Origin: Mobula hypostoma
Lineage: Eukaryota
Length of the DNA: 64,000 nucleotides
NCBI RefSeq assembly: GCF_963921235.1
Contig: NC_086097.1
Location: forward strand, 217,436,001-217,500,000
Direction of reading: 5' to 3'
Part shown: positions 1 through 13,189 of the stretch, one piece after another
Layout of the letters: every line of letters starts with the position of its first letter
Position numbering within the stretch: the stretch's first letter is position 1
Notes under the pieces: model-generated
Databases searched by the model: none
The model's input: the letters and a program-made list of their open reading frames with translations, nothing else
What the model was told of the DNA's origin: nothing
Program-made: the position numbers and the translations under genes

Positions 1-129
1 CTATAATTGTGTTTGCTGTAAAATGGCACTTCTTTCCTCAAAACTTTCCAAACTTTAAAATAATAAGCTTTATTTAAAAGTTAATGGAAAATGTTCTCAA
101 ATTCATTATCTAGATTGTTATGCAAATAC

Positions 130-405
130 CAGAGGGTATGCACTTAAAGTGAGAGGCGAAAAGTTTAAAGGAGATCTGTAAAGCAAGTGTGTTTTTTCCT
201 TATTACACAGACACAGGTAGGTGCCTGGAATAGGTTGCCAGAGGTAGTGATGGAAATAGATACGATAGTGGCATTTCAAAGGCTTTTATACAGTAGAGAC
301 CATGAATATGCAGAATCGTGTGCAGACAGAAGAGTTTTGGCTTAGTCTGGCATCATGCTCTACAAAGACATTGTTAGCTGAAGGACCTGTTCCTGAGCTG
401 CACGG
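130..405 (+). mobile_element. CR1 3' end fragment (another, minus strand, at ~1596-1940)
   Basis: TRG..LKVRGEKFKGD...WN.LP motifs and 3' UTR GGACCTGTTCCTGAGCTG. Confidence 0.7.
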
Positions 406-2631
406 TTCTGAAACAGACAAGTACATTTCTGAAGAAATGGTAGTTTGGAAATTTGAGATAAATGTCTGCTGGGTGATGAACTGACAGAGGTTATGGGCCT
501 AGTCTGGCTGCTCTGAATTTATGGACTAAATGTGGCTCAGAATGCTGTTGCTTGCTTTTATTGTTTACATGATTTTTATTCCCCTCCCCACCGCCTTTCT
601 CTGCACATTGGGTGCCAGTCTTTTTTTTTTAAATGGGTTCTTTCGGGTTTCTTGCTTTGTGACCACCTGGAAGCACATGAATCTCAAGTATGTATAACTT
701 ATACATTATTTGATAATATTGTACTTTGAATCCTTTGAGGTATCATAATTTCTCGTACAAAAGTACCTCAGTTTAATCATGAAAATTGATATCAAATACA
801 TAAACTTTCAATGGCTCATGAATAAATGATATTAAATATATTAATCTTTTCAGCTACTAAGGGGAAGAAATAACTTTTTGTTCCAATAGTTACTTATTTC
901 ATTGATTTATTTCTTATTCGCAATCTTTCTTGATTGATCACTCAATCTTGGTATCTTTCTATATGAGAAAATGTTTAGGCTTCACAATTGCTTCCAATTT
1001 CCACATAAAATGGTGACTTCAAAGTATATCAAATAAAATTTTTAAATATTGAAAGCATCACTATGAAAACAAAAACTCTATTCATTTTCAAAAGATTTTC
1101 CAGATTAAAGCAGCCCTTGAGCACAAAGGTTCAGAGTCATACTTAGGTAAAACAACCATTAAATAAATAAAATTGGTTAACATTGGCACCTTTTGCACTA
1201 ATAACTAATTTATGAAAATATATGGGAGTCAAGACTTTTTTTTAAACAGGCATAAATTATAATGCTTCGTAGTTTCAAATGTTCAATATTTTTCCGATAA
1301 TTTAAAAAAACAGCATATATAGTTAAGAAGAAATTTAAGGGAAAAGAAATACAAACAGAAGTTGAAAAATAAAGTCTTGAACCCAAATAAAAAAAAGTAA
1401 CAAAAGCTGCTGTACTATGAAGTGGAGAAAAATCAGATACACTAAAAGTAAACTAATAAAATTAAAGCCAAATATACAATCTAAATGGTACTTTGAGAAG
1501 GTACCAAAGATTCCAAACATTTGAAATGTTTAGGATACATTTAGTAAGCATCCAGAAGCTACTCTACAGAAAATGAATGAGCACTGGAAAGACATCATAG
1601 AATCAGAATAATACAGCACAAAAACAGGCCCTTCGGCCCAACTCATCCATACCGATCATGGTGCCCATCAAGCTAATCCCATTTGCCTGATTTTTGTTCA
1701 AGTCCCTCTGAAGCCTTTAGATGTTATTATTGTGCCTGGCTCAACCACTTCCTCTGGCAGCTTATTCCACATAGGCACCACCTTCTGCACTAAGTAGTGT
1801 CTGCTCATTTCGACTTTAAATCTTTCATCTTAAACCCATGTCATCTACTGTTTTAAGTTTCCCTTTCCTGGGGAAAAAAATTATGTGCCTTCACCCTATC
1901 TGTATCCTTCAGGATTTTACACCCCTCAGTCTCCTAAGTTTACCTTGAAGACAAGAGTTTCAACAGATGTTGACACCAGTGTAGAAGGAACAGTGATGTG
2001 TGAACAGGACATTAAATAAGGAACAATTGGCAGAGGTTCATTGAAGTAAACTATGCCAGACTGGCAGAATTGAGTGGGAAGATAACTATACTGATAATGG
2101 AAATACAGTGGATATTGTGTATATTTGCCCTTTTAATGATGAACAGCCATTTTTAAGATTGGACTGATGTCAACAGTGATGATTTCTAGAAGTTAACATT
2201 TGAAACCTGACACAGTTTTAGCATCTTCATATGACACAAAAATAGAGAATGAGGTTAACACAGAACAGCACAAGTCATTTGTATCCAGCTCAGAACGGCC
2301 TATTTTATAAGAAAATTAAGATCCTGGAAGAATTTCATAAAAGTATTTATTTTCCCCATTTCTGGAAGCTTCTGTAAGATTTTCAAGAAGTTTCTATAAG
2401 ATTGTCATCAATCCAATAAAAAGCCATCTGCCTTGTGATGGGGTGGTTGTTTTTTTTTTAAAAAAAGCAACAGCACACATTAAACATTCAATTGATAATG
2501 CAGACATTTCCCTGCAGATTCCTGTTCAGACTTATCTATAACAGGTTGCACTTAAATATTTCCCTATTAACTAAGGATCTATAAAGTGACAAAAGCTGCA
2601 CTGATGAAAATTATAATGCGATTGAACTTAC

Positions 2632-2718
2632 CTACATCCTTCTTCATTGCATTATAGAACACACCACCTTCTTCAAATAAGTGTGGTAGCTTCTTTGCAT
2701 ATGACCAAACATCTTCTC
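2632..2718 (-). CDS. VCPIP1: VCPIP1 coding exon 2 (87 bp): (G)EDVWSYAKKLPHLFEEGGVFYNAMKKDV(G)
   Basis: Minus strand reads tgtttag|GAGAAGATGTTTGG...GATGTAG|gtaagt. Canonical splice sites, phase-compatible with exon 1, and continues the recalled human sequence LMGEDVWSYAKGLPHMFQQGGVFY. Too short to appear in the ORF track. Confidence 0.95.
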
Positions 2719-2856
2719 CTAAACATTGCAACACAAAAAAGTTATAGCTCCAAGCAGCTCATCAATTTACCATTAAAGTACCTACTACACCATCAGTATT
2801 AGATAAGAGATTAGAATATTATGATGAATGGAAGAGTCCACATTTCATCTGAAACC

Positions 2857-3061
2857 TAGCAACACACAAAGCTGCTGGTGAACACAGCAGGCCAGGCAAT
2901 CTCTTACTAATTCTTCCTTCAGTTAGTCCTGACGAAGGGTCTCGGCCCGAAACGTCGACTGTACCTCTTCCTAGAGATGCTGCCTGGCCTGCTGCGTTCA
3001 CCAGCAACTTTGATGTGTGTTGCTTGAATTTCCAGCATCTGCAGAATCCCTCATGTTTAAG
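2857..3061 (+). mobile_element. Short Penelope-like element insertion (pLTR-derived) with inverted 5' copy and 14-bp TSD
   Basis: TTTCATCTGAAACC at 2843-2856 and 3062-3075. Segment 2858-2904 is an imperfect inverted copy of about 2973-3024. Contains the hammerhead. Confidence 0.85.
2925..2960 (+). ncRNA. Minimal type I hammerhead ribozyme (Penelope-type), intact core
   Basis: AGTC-CTGACGA-A-GGGT(CTCG)GCCC-GAAA-CG-TC-GACT. Stem I AGUC/GACU, CUGANGA and GAAA boxes, stem II, palindromic ACGU stem III, predicted GUC cleavage after 2956. Confidence 0.8.
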
Positions 3062-4585
3062 TTTCATCTGAAACCAATTTGTTTTCTTTATTTTAAAAGT
3101 CATTTAAATAGTTTTTAATTTTGATTCATTATACAGTCCTAATTAGGTTAGATTCATAAACCGTCCTTAAGCCTCAATAAAAATATTCATGAAATAGACT
3201 GAAGGAAATACGTGTGAATAGTTAGATTTATTTTCCCCTGAGATTTTCGTTACGCTTCATGTGCAATTTGTTGAAATCTATTTCAAAAATAAAATGGGAA
3301 ATGCAAATCACAATGCGTATACCACGTTATAATCAAAGCCATTTGGTGAAAAAAGGTTTGGGGCTAAAAGTTGTAAAAAATTATATTAGGTTTATTTGTC
3401 ACATACACATCAAAACATATTGTGAAATGTGTCACTTTTTATGTTAAACTACATCAGCAAAAATTTATTTGAAGTCCACATGGCTTCTGGCCCACAATTC
3501 ATTAGCTCCCACCGTACATCTTCGAAATATGGGAGGAAACCAGAGCACCTGGAAGTAACCAATACAGTTATGGGGAGAACACAAAATCTGATCCATTGTA
3601 GAACTATTTTCAACATTGCAAAATAAAAGCACAAATTAGTGGTGAAATGCTAAATTTTGGATTATATTCTACAATTGATGTCCCCCCCCCCCCGGCCCCC
3701 GAAATAAATAGAATCACAAACTTATTGACTGGGAAAGACCACTTGGGTAACCACATCTACAAATTCAATAGTGAGCTGGTCAGGCTACTCTTACTTCTTA
3801 GCTCTCAGTTCATAGCGTCACAGGACAAGTTAGATTAAAAGTATTACTAACCAAATATTTCTGCCTCCACCATGGTCTTCAGAGAAAACAATTATCCTCA
3901 AACTCTCTCTAATCTTTCTATCCCTTAACTAGTCAAAATTAGCCAGCCTAAAGTAGTATGTACTCACTTAGTCTGGACCTCTCATAATATTGTACACTTC
4001 AGTTAAGTATCTCCTCAGCCTTTCTTTAATGAAAAGAACCACAGTGCAGCCAATTTTCCCCCCAAACTCCAACACTAACATCTTTGTAAATTTCTTCTGT
4101 AGATTCTCTAATTACTATCACACTACTCTGGTAATGTGCTGAACTCAGAAGTAAGCAGAACTCTAGCTTTAAATTTAATTAACATTTCGAACAATTCTAG
4201 CATAACCTCTATTAAATTACATTCTATTGCTTGGCTGTAAAGTACCCATGCAGCTACTTAATCAATCATGCAACTTTCAGGGATTAGTTTTTAAACCATC
4301 TTTATCTTCTTGGATTGCAAATGATTTTCACCTCAAATTTCTTTGGTTTAAATTTTACTTTCCTGCTTTTCTACACACCCAACTTGTCAAAAACAATAAT
4401 TTCTCAGAGTCCTGACTTTTCCTACTCATTCCCAATCACACTGCCAATTTTTATGTCACTTGAAATCTCTCAATCATGGCTCCTCTGTCTAAATCCTTGA
4501 TGGATGCCACAAGGAGCAAAGATATATTACTGTCCCCAATGGCAACCTAATGCAAATAGGTTTCCACATCCTATTTACCCAGAAG

Positions 4586-4910
4586 GGAAGCACAATGGTT
4601 CAGCATGTAGACCTGCTGTCTCACAGCATCAATAATCCTGAACCTGTCTGCTGACTGTATGGAACCTGCATGTTTTCTGGCATAGGTTTTCTGAGTATTG
4701 TGGTTTCTTCAAAGATCCTAACGTTTTGGGGTTTATAGGTTAATTAGACACTGCAAATTTACTGTAGTGTGTAGGTGAGTGGTAGAATCTGGGAGAAGGT
4801 GAAATCAATGTGGGCATCATAAAATGGAATTAATGGAGGATTTGAGTTAAAATTGGATGGTTAACATGGTCTTATTGGGATGAAGACCACATTTCTGTAC
4901 TGCATGTGTA
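4586..4910 (+). mobile_element. tRNA-derived V-SINE (HE1-like), degenerate; others at ~3480-3600-, ~18920-19175-, ~58130-58372-
   Basis: tRNA-like head followed by a V-domain-like TGCATGTT...GGTTT...GGTTTC...GGTTAATT.G.CACTG.AAATT pattern. Confidence 0.65.
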
Positions 4911-4954
4911 TGTTTTAAGATAACTTAACACCTTTATTTGCCATCCACATGAAT

Positions 4955-7900
4955 TACAGGAGATGGTGGCATGTGTGTATATCACAAGGCTCAGTGTCCT
5001 ACCAGATTTCGAAAAATACTGTTAATTTATCTGCTTGTTTCCTGCGTGTTCGCTCGATTCGGCTACGTGAACTACACTTACAGCAAACAGTCACTTTTAG
5101 ACATTACCTATCGATGTACCAACACAAGTTTTGGATTATCCATTCAACTTCGACCAACTACCTCCAGAGTTAGTAAGGACACCGCGGACTCGCATTCAAC
5201 TCGCTCCGACCAGAAGGGCCCGGCGCCAGCGTCAAGACCGTAAACAAAGACGGGGGAAGCGTGGAGGTTTGTGTGCTAGCTAAGGCTAAATCCACACAGA
5301 CCAGCGCTACCTAGCATCTTCCTCGCCAAGGTTCAGTCTCTGACGAACAAGCTGGTCGAACTGACTTGAACCCTCACACAAAGAAGGCTTATGTGTTTTT
5401 ACAGAGACTTGGCTAAACAGTGATGTCCCAAACAACCTGGTGGAACTGGAAGGGCACACGGTCTTCAGGGCTGACAGAACTGCAACAGCAACAGGTAAAA
5501 GTAGGGGAGGTGGTTTATGCATCTACGTGAATTGATCACGGTGTACTAACTCTACCATTGCTGACACTTATTGCTCTGTTGATCTGGAATACCTGCTTAT
5601 TAAGTGCAGACCTTTTTATCAAACACGAGAGTTTACATGCATCATTGCTGTTGCAGTTTATGTACCGCCGGATGCTAAGGCTAAAGTAGCCATGAAAGAT
5701 CTCAGTGCCGCTATTAGCAAGCTGCAGACACTGCATCCAGATGGAGCCTTTATTGTCGCTGGGGACTTTAATTATTGTAACCTACGTACCGTGCTTCCAA
5801 GATTTTACCAAAATGTATCATACACCACAAGGGGAAATAAAACCTTTGATCATGTCTACACAAATGTGGCTGATGTTTACAAAGCCACTACCCTCCCCCA
5901 CCTGGGACAGTCCGGTCATTAAACGTGTGAAACCCACAATGAAGACTATTAAGATCTGGCTGGAGTGGGCTGACTCTGCTCTTCAGCACCAATTCCAGCA
6001 CACAGACTGGAGCACGTTTGCTGCCCATGCCACCACAGACTTTCAGATTAATATTGACTTGTATACCAACTCTGTCCTTGAGCACATCAACAAGTGTGTA
6101 GATAGAGTGACAACAACTAAAAGTTTTCCCCAATCAGAAACCATAGGTAAATAGAGAGGTTCGCTTCCTGCTCAAAGCCAGAGATTCAGCCTTCAGGTCT
6201 GGAGACTGGGAGGCTTACAGCTCAGCCGGGGCCAACCTGAGGAGGGGAATCTCTCAGGCTAAACACATATACAAACAGAGAACTGAGAAACATTTCAACT
6301 CCTCGGACCCCCAGCGCATGTGGCATGGCATACAGGTCATTACAGACTTCAAACAACCTATTACTGTGCCCCCTTCCAGCTCTGCTTCCCTCCCTGATGA
6401 GCTCAATTACTTCTATGCTCGCTTTGACCAAGAGAACAAGAAGATCACCCTTAAAGCGGATCTCCCACCTGGTGAACTGCCTCTCTCACTTTCCACCCCA
6501 GATGTTTGCGCCACCCTGAGCAGGGTGAATATACAGAAGGCAGCTGGTCTGGATGGAATACCTGGATGTGTGCTCAGAGTCTGTGCAGGGCAGTTGGCCA
6601 GGGTCTTCACAGCCATTTTTGATCTGTCCCTGGCCCAGGCAGTTGTCCCCACAAGCTTCAAGATCGCCACCATAGTGCCGGTGCCGAAGCATTCCACTGC
6701 CACGGGTATGAATGACTTCCGCCCAGTTGCACTCACCCCCATCATTGCAAAGTGCTTTGAGAGACTGGTTCTATCACATCTGAAATCCTGTCTGCCCACT
6801 ACCCTGTACCCCCATCAATTTGCCTATCGTACCAACAGGTCAACAGAGGACGCCATCTCCATTGCACTTCACTCTGCCCTGACCCACCTGGATAGCCCCA
6901 ACTCTTACGTCAGAATGCTATTCATTGACTTTAGTTCGGCATTCAATACTGTGATCCCCTCCAAGCTGATCGCCAAACTTCGCCAGTTTGGTATCAGCTC
7001 ATCCCTCTGCAATTGGACCTTGGACTTGCTGACTAACAGACCCCAATCAGTTAAGTTAGACAAACTCTCCTCCTCCACTCTCACCCTGAACACCAGCATG
7101 CCTCAAGGCTGTGTGCTGAGCCCTCTTCTGTACTCTCTTTTCACCTATCAGAGGGGATGACGAGACGGCCTACAGGGACGAGGTCCAGCACCTGGCTGCG
7201 TGGTGTGCCAACAACAAACTGGCCCTTAACACACAGAAGACCAAGGAGATCATTGTGGACTTCAGGCATGCTAGGAGCCACACTCACATCCCCATCTACA
7301 TCAACGGAGCTGTAGTGGAGTGTGTATCAAGTTTCAATTTCCTTGGTGTCCACATTTCCGAGGATCTCACCTGGTCCCTGAACTACTCCATCCTGATCAA
7401 AAGGCACAACAACGCCTTTATTTCCTGCACAGCATCAGGAAAGCTCACCTCTGTCCCAGGATACTGACGGACTTTTACCGCTGTACCATTGAGAGCATAC
7501 TCACCAACTGCATCTCAGTGTGCTATGGCAATTGTCCCGTATCGGACCACAAAGCACTCCAGCGTGTGGTGAAAACTGCCCAGCAGATTATCGGCACCCA
7601 ATTGCCCACCATTGAGAACATCTACCATAAACACTGCCTGGGCAGGGAAAAAAGCATTATCAAGGATGCATCTCACCCTAACCATGGACTTCTTACTCTC
7701 CTCCCATCCGGTAGGCGCTACAGGAGCCTCCGCTCCCACACCAGCAGGCACAGGAAGAGCTTCTTCCCTGAGGCTGTGACCCTGAGGCTGTGACTCTGCT
7801 GAACCTCACATCACAGCGCTAAGCAGTATTGCACCCATATTGCACTGTCTCAGTACTTTTATATTTGTGTGCTGTAGCACTTACTTTTTATTCGCAGTTA

Positions 7901-8003
7901 TTTTGTAAATAACACTATTCTTTGCATTTCTGGTTAGATGCTAACTGCATTTCATTGTGCCAAGTACAGATACAAAGCCAATGACAATAAAGTTGAATCT
8001 AAT
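4955..8003 (+). mobile_element. Near full-length degenerate Rex1/Babar-type LINE (APE endonuclease + RT)
   Basis: [90 protein letters not shown]. Frameshifted. Ends AATAAAGTTGAATCTAATCT. Confidence 0.9.
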
Positions 8004-9053
8004 CTCATGTTTTTAAGTATTCAAGTCCTGTTCTACAGTTTACAGGAAGTTCATAGACATCCAGTAAACTGCAACCCTGCTGTGATATTCTAAGTTGTGT
8101 ATCATTAACTGTCTTTTCACAATTTGCATTCCTTTTCAGACCAAACTTCTAAATTTATACTGAAGTCCAAAAACTTGACAAAGCTTGTGCTCAGAAATGC
8201 TGGTATTTCATGTTTTACTGCTGCAAAATCCTAACCCAGAATGATTGTTAGGAATATTCCAACAGAACCCAGCTGGGTCCAGCTGAAATAGCACATTGAG
8301 TTCTACATGCCACATAATAAGGTCACCAATTCAAACTCAAAACCTCAAAGGCATAATTAGTGTTGTGAATTTCCATTGTAATATATTATGCAAACAAATT
8401 AATCTTTCTATTAAACAAGTATGCACATCATTTGTAAACTTTTAAGTTAGCTTCATAAATTCCCATCAAAACAGAACAAACTGATAATGTAGGATCGTCA
8501 ATTTAATTTGGATATTATTTACATTTGATCTTGGCTTCACACAATGCCAGAAAAGCTTCCAAATGCATTTTTGTACTTGAATTTAGTAAGCTGTGAACTT
8601 TAAACTAAGGACAAATATATTAACTGATCAGAGTATCCTGAACTTTCAGATGTTTAAAGCTTCACTCTTTAAAAGAAATACCATCCAGCATCACAACCAG
8701 TATCACAAAAGTTAATCTTGAAAATGAAGGCTTAAGTGTACATTCTGTAACCCACTCTAAATGTAAACCAACTTCGACAATGATTGAAAATCCCACTTTC
8801 AATTTTTATGCACTAAAGTATGTAGGAAGGCCAAACTGAGGCAACATAATCTGTTCATAAAGTCAATTACAATATTATTCAATTATATACAGAGCTTTGA
8901 ATACTTTATTTTACTCAATTTCAAAAGATGTACTTTGTATAAAAAAAAACTATTAAATGGTGAATGCAGGGGGGGAAATATTACCTATTGAATATTGAAA
9001 GGACCACATAATGGATATAGAGAGGATGTTCCCAATAGTGGGAGAGTTTAGGA

Positions 9054-9618
9054 AAGGCTAGGAATCCTGCAGCGTGCAACTCACCCTCCTGACTCCCCAA
9101 AGCCTGTCCACCATCTACAAGGCTAAGGTCAGGAGCATAATGGAATACTCGCCATTCACCTGGATGAGTGCAGCTCCATCAACACTCAAGAAACTTGACA
9201 CCATCCAGTATAAGACAGCCTACTTGATGGTACCCCTGAAACAAGCATCCAATCCCTCCACCATCGACGAACAGTTGTAGCAGTGTGTACCATCTACAAG
9301 ATGCACTGCAACAACACACCAATTTTCTAAGGCAGCACCTTCCAGACCCACGACCACTACCATCTAGAAGGACAAGAACAGGAGATACCGGGGAACACCA
9401 CCACTTGGAAATCCCCCTCCATGTCACTCACTGTCCTTCATTGTTGCTGGGTCAAAATCATGGAATTCCTTCCCTAACAGCAGTGTAGGTGTACCTACAC
9501 CTCAGGGACTGCAATGGTTCAAGAAGGCAGCTCATCATCACCTTCTCAAGGGTAACTAGCGATGGGCAATAAATGCTGGCTTAGCTGGCAACGCCCACAT
9601 CCCATAAATGAATAAAAA
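9054..9618 (+). mobile_element. 3' fragment of a second CR1/L2-group LINE family nested in a CR1 3' end (~9010-9900); probable related EN remnant at ~46000-46740 (minus)
   Basis: LTPQSLSTIYKAKVRSIMEYSP...LKKLDTIQ. Ends GGGCAATAAATGCTGG...GAATAAAAA. TAGGA duplicated at 9049-9053 and 9619-9623. GDFNAHHWEWLG lies in the minus-strand ORF 46523-46717. Confidence 0.75.
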
Positions 9619-10257
9619 TAGGATCAGAGGGCACAGCTTCAGAGTACATCCCTTTAAACAGAGAAGAGGAGGAATTTCTTCATCAGATTTGTGGAATTCA
9701 TCGCCACCAACATCTGTGGAAGCCAAGTCATTCAGTATTGTTAAAATGGAGGTTGATAGGTTCTTGATTAGTCAGGATGTCAAAGGTTACAGGGAGGAGC
9801 AAGGAGAATGGGGTTGAGAGAGATAATAAATCAGCCATGATTGAATGGCAGAGCAGACTTGATAGGCCGAATGAACTAATTCTGCTCCTAGGTCTAATGG
9901 AAAGAAAATCTGGGAATATACTGCTGACCCAAATTTATTGAATTGGCCTGACTTTTAATACTTTTTCAATATTTACTAAGTCATCATCTAATTAACATCA
10001 GAATAGCCAAATGCTTTAGTTAGAAAAAGTAATAAGAAATTCCAGCAGTCACTGCAAGTGTCTTTAAGTTGTATGTAACAACATTAGCTGCGAACCCAAA
10101 GAGATGTTTAACATTGCTAACCAAGTGCAAAAGATTCACACCTTAAAGTACCTGCAAGTTGTGGATTTTTAGCCAAACATTAAACACACATTTGTGTAAT
10201 TATTAATAAATGAATAGAATCTAATTTGAACCACATGTGGAACAAAACATTTTTTTT

Positions 10258-10935
10258 TTAGATTAGATTATGAGGACAGTCAGTCCTCGTTTATTGCCAT
10301 TTAGAAATGCATGCATTAAAAATGATACAATATTCCTCCAGAATGATATCACAGAATCACAGGATAAATCAAGACTAAAACTGACAAAACCACATAATTA
10401 TAACATATAGTTACAACAGTGCAAAGCAATACAATAATTTGATAAAGAGCAGACTATATGCACGGTAAAAAGAGTCTCAAGTCCCGATAGCCCCATCATC
10501 TCACGCAGACGGTAGAAGGGAGAAACTCTCCCTGCCGTGAACCTCCAAACACCGCAAACTTGCCAATGCAGCACCATTGGAAGCACCTGACCGCAGCGGA
10601 CTCTGAGTCCGTCCGAAAACTTTGAGCCTCCGACCAGCCCTCCGACACCGAGCAGCGAGCGCCATCCTCTGCTGAGCGCTTCGACCCTGCCCTGGCCGCC
10701 GAGCAACAAGCAAAGCCAAGGACTCGGGCCCTTCCCCTCCGGAGATTCTGGATCACACAGTAGCAGCGGCAGTGAAGCAGACATTTCAGAGGTTTCACCA
10801 GATGTTCCTCCGTGCTCTCACATCTGCCTCCATCAAATCAGGATTGTGCACGGCACCCTACTTGACAGATAACAGATATCACCACCAGAGTGGCCGCTGC
10901 GAGCTGTGTCGTGCCGCCATCTTCTCCTCCCGCCG
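10258..10935 (-). mobile_element. Non-autonomous LINE-derived/SINE-like element with YY1-type 5' motif and (TAATC)n tail
   Basis: Minus strand starts GGAGGAGAAGATGGCGGC, has a CpG-rich body, and ends AATAAA...CATAATCTAATCTAA. The tail resembles the Rex/Babar tail at about 7990-8003. Confidence 0.7.
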
Positions 10936-10987
10936 TATTGTACCACTGTACATAGATTACCACTGTAATCTATGTTCTTCTATGTTG

Positions 10988-11260
10988 GCTATAGCTCAAT
11001 GGCAGCATTCACCTCTGAGCTAGGAGGCTGTGGATTCACTTCCTACTCCAATGACTTGAGTCCAAATTCTGAAGAGGACATTTCAGCACCTCAGCACAGG
11101 GACTATAACACTAGCAGCCTTGCCCTCTCAAATTACAAACCCACAGCAAGAACAAGCATGAAAGATCAACATCCTCTCCTGCAGCAGGACGCTGTAAAAT
11201 CGATTAATGTTCTCTCACTGTTCCTAGTTGATGATATTCATACTCTATCATATTGGTTGA
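10988..11260 (+). mobile_element. Ancient Deu-domain-like SINE remnant; another at ~51440-51640 (minus)
   Basis: Head GCTCAATGG...CCTCTGAG...GGCTGTGGATTCAC.TCC.ACTCCA..GACTTGAG and downstream AAAGATC match recalled shark SINEs. Confidence 0.5.
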
Positions 11261-12687
11261 ATAACCAGGTATTTCTTTGCTGTTCTCCCCATTACTGTAC
11301 AACGTGGCACTACCGAGTTTCAACTTTCAGACAATTTGGACTGTGTTTTATAGAACCAGGGTTGACAAATCCAACTATAACGCAGATACCTAATTGTGAC
11401 AATCAAACTCAGACATACCTAGTTGCAAGTCACTGAATACCTGTTATAGCCAGAGCAAGAGAGAAGCTACAATGCCATAAACAATGCAAGGGGCAAAAGA
11501 GATTAGGGGAAGTGGAGTGTGGGGAAGAAAGACTTTCTGAAGGTTGAGAGAACTTTCCCAGTTAGTCTGTTCATGAGCCAATGAAACTTCCAGTATTGCT
11601 CGACTTAGCTTTCAGAAATGAGCTACTGTCATTATATCAGAAGACTTAGAGTAGCAATGGAAAAAAAAAGATATATACCATTCCAAGGTGAAATAGTCTA
11701 TTTTTCAATGGAATGAGGACAGGTCTAGTCCAGGTAAACTGTGACCAAAGCTTGTCGGGCAAATCTAACTAAGCAATGCTAGGTGTTTAAAATAAAAATG
11801 ACTGGGCACATTACCACAAGTTAAGAAATGCAGAGAAATTAAAAGGTAATGGTCCATGGGATAGCCAAAAGACAAGTAAAATGGAGTAGAAGAAAGCACA
11901 TGGCAAATACCAGGATGTTAACACAACACAGGATGTGAACCAGAATAATTACAGGGGAAAAAAAAACATAGAAAAGAGAAAAGGAAAGCGAGAGAATAAA
12001 AGACTGACAGCAATTATAAAATGGAATCCAAAAATATCCAGTGTTTGAAGTCAAGAGTTGTAGGAGGGGATTTGGAGGCTGATCAGAAGTCCAAGAAATT
12101 TACTCATGGATATAGCCAAGGTATAGCAGTATTGTTCCAACAGCTATCTGTACAATTGACAAGTGTTACATTACAAAATTCAGCTAACATTGGTATCTGT
12201 GTCTTAACTCAAGATGCCACAAGACCTGATCTTTTCTTTGAATGTCCTACTTAAAAGCCATTATACTCAATTATTTACCATATTTTCTAGTATTCCCTGC
12301 CTTAGTCAATGTCCATTTACTTGATTATACCTTGAACATGTTTTAGGTCATTTGCTGTGTTGTACACATACAAGCTCACATTTATACTGTAATTGCTATT
12401 TTTAGTTTTCTGAATTCCACTCTGGAGAAATAATCAACCATTTTAGAATTCTGATGCTTCCATTTTTCCCCTTCTAATGTTTGACTGCTCACTCACTGCC
12501 GTTCAAACGAAAAGCATAGATATGAATTCTGTATTTTAAGTTATAATCCCTTCTCTTGGAGAGAGCAGAAAGGAGACACAAACACAGTACCAAAACAACA
12601 AGCTCAACTGCGAACCAAATGACCACAGACAACGTGGTCAAACACCGTGACCACGTTTTGAAACTGGGAAACATTCTGTTTTATATT

Positions 12688-12790
12688 CAGTCCTGAGGAA
12701 GGGTCTCAGCCCAAAACATCAACTGGTTATTCATTTCCATAGATGCCGCTTGACCTGCTAAGTTCCTCCAGCGCTTTGTGTGTGTGTTGC
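12688..12790 (+). mobile_element. Penelope pLTR fragment with CpG-decayed hammerhead
   Basis: CAGTCCTGAGGAAGGGTCTCAGCCCAAAACATCAACTG followed by the same tail as other copies. Confidence 0.75.
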
Positions 12791-13189
12791 CTCCTGTTTC
12801 AAATGCTGGGTTAGACTCCATGTGTAAAAGCATTTCACAGTTTTGCATGAAAGCAAAGGCAACCAAGATTCCAAACCCTGCCTTGTTTATGAAAATTCCC
12901 TATTTGGGATGTGGAACTGTATAACTGGGTTCTCTCTCTCTCTCTGTCCCAATGAAGTTACAAGTTAACATACTAGCTTACATGTCTTTTCTTGTCTACT
13001 ACTGAGAAACCTAATGAAACTGCATGGGTATAAATGAGGTAGAAAATAACAAAAAGCCTTAACAGCTTAAGTTTTGTGGTTTAATGCCCCTATAGTTTTA
13101 ACTAAGTTAGTTGGTAAACCATAACAGAAACTGCCATTGCTATAGCTGGGATGTAACCACCTGAATGAACATACCACCTGAAATACCAA

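Noticed and set aside
10398..11436. Cluster of 70-154 aa ORFs
   Set aside because: Explained by a GC-rich non-autonomous element and an adjacent SINE remnant.
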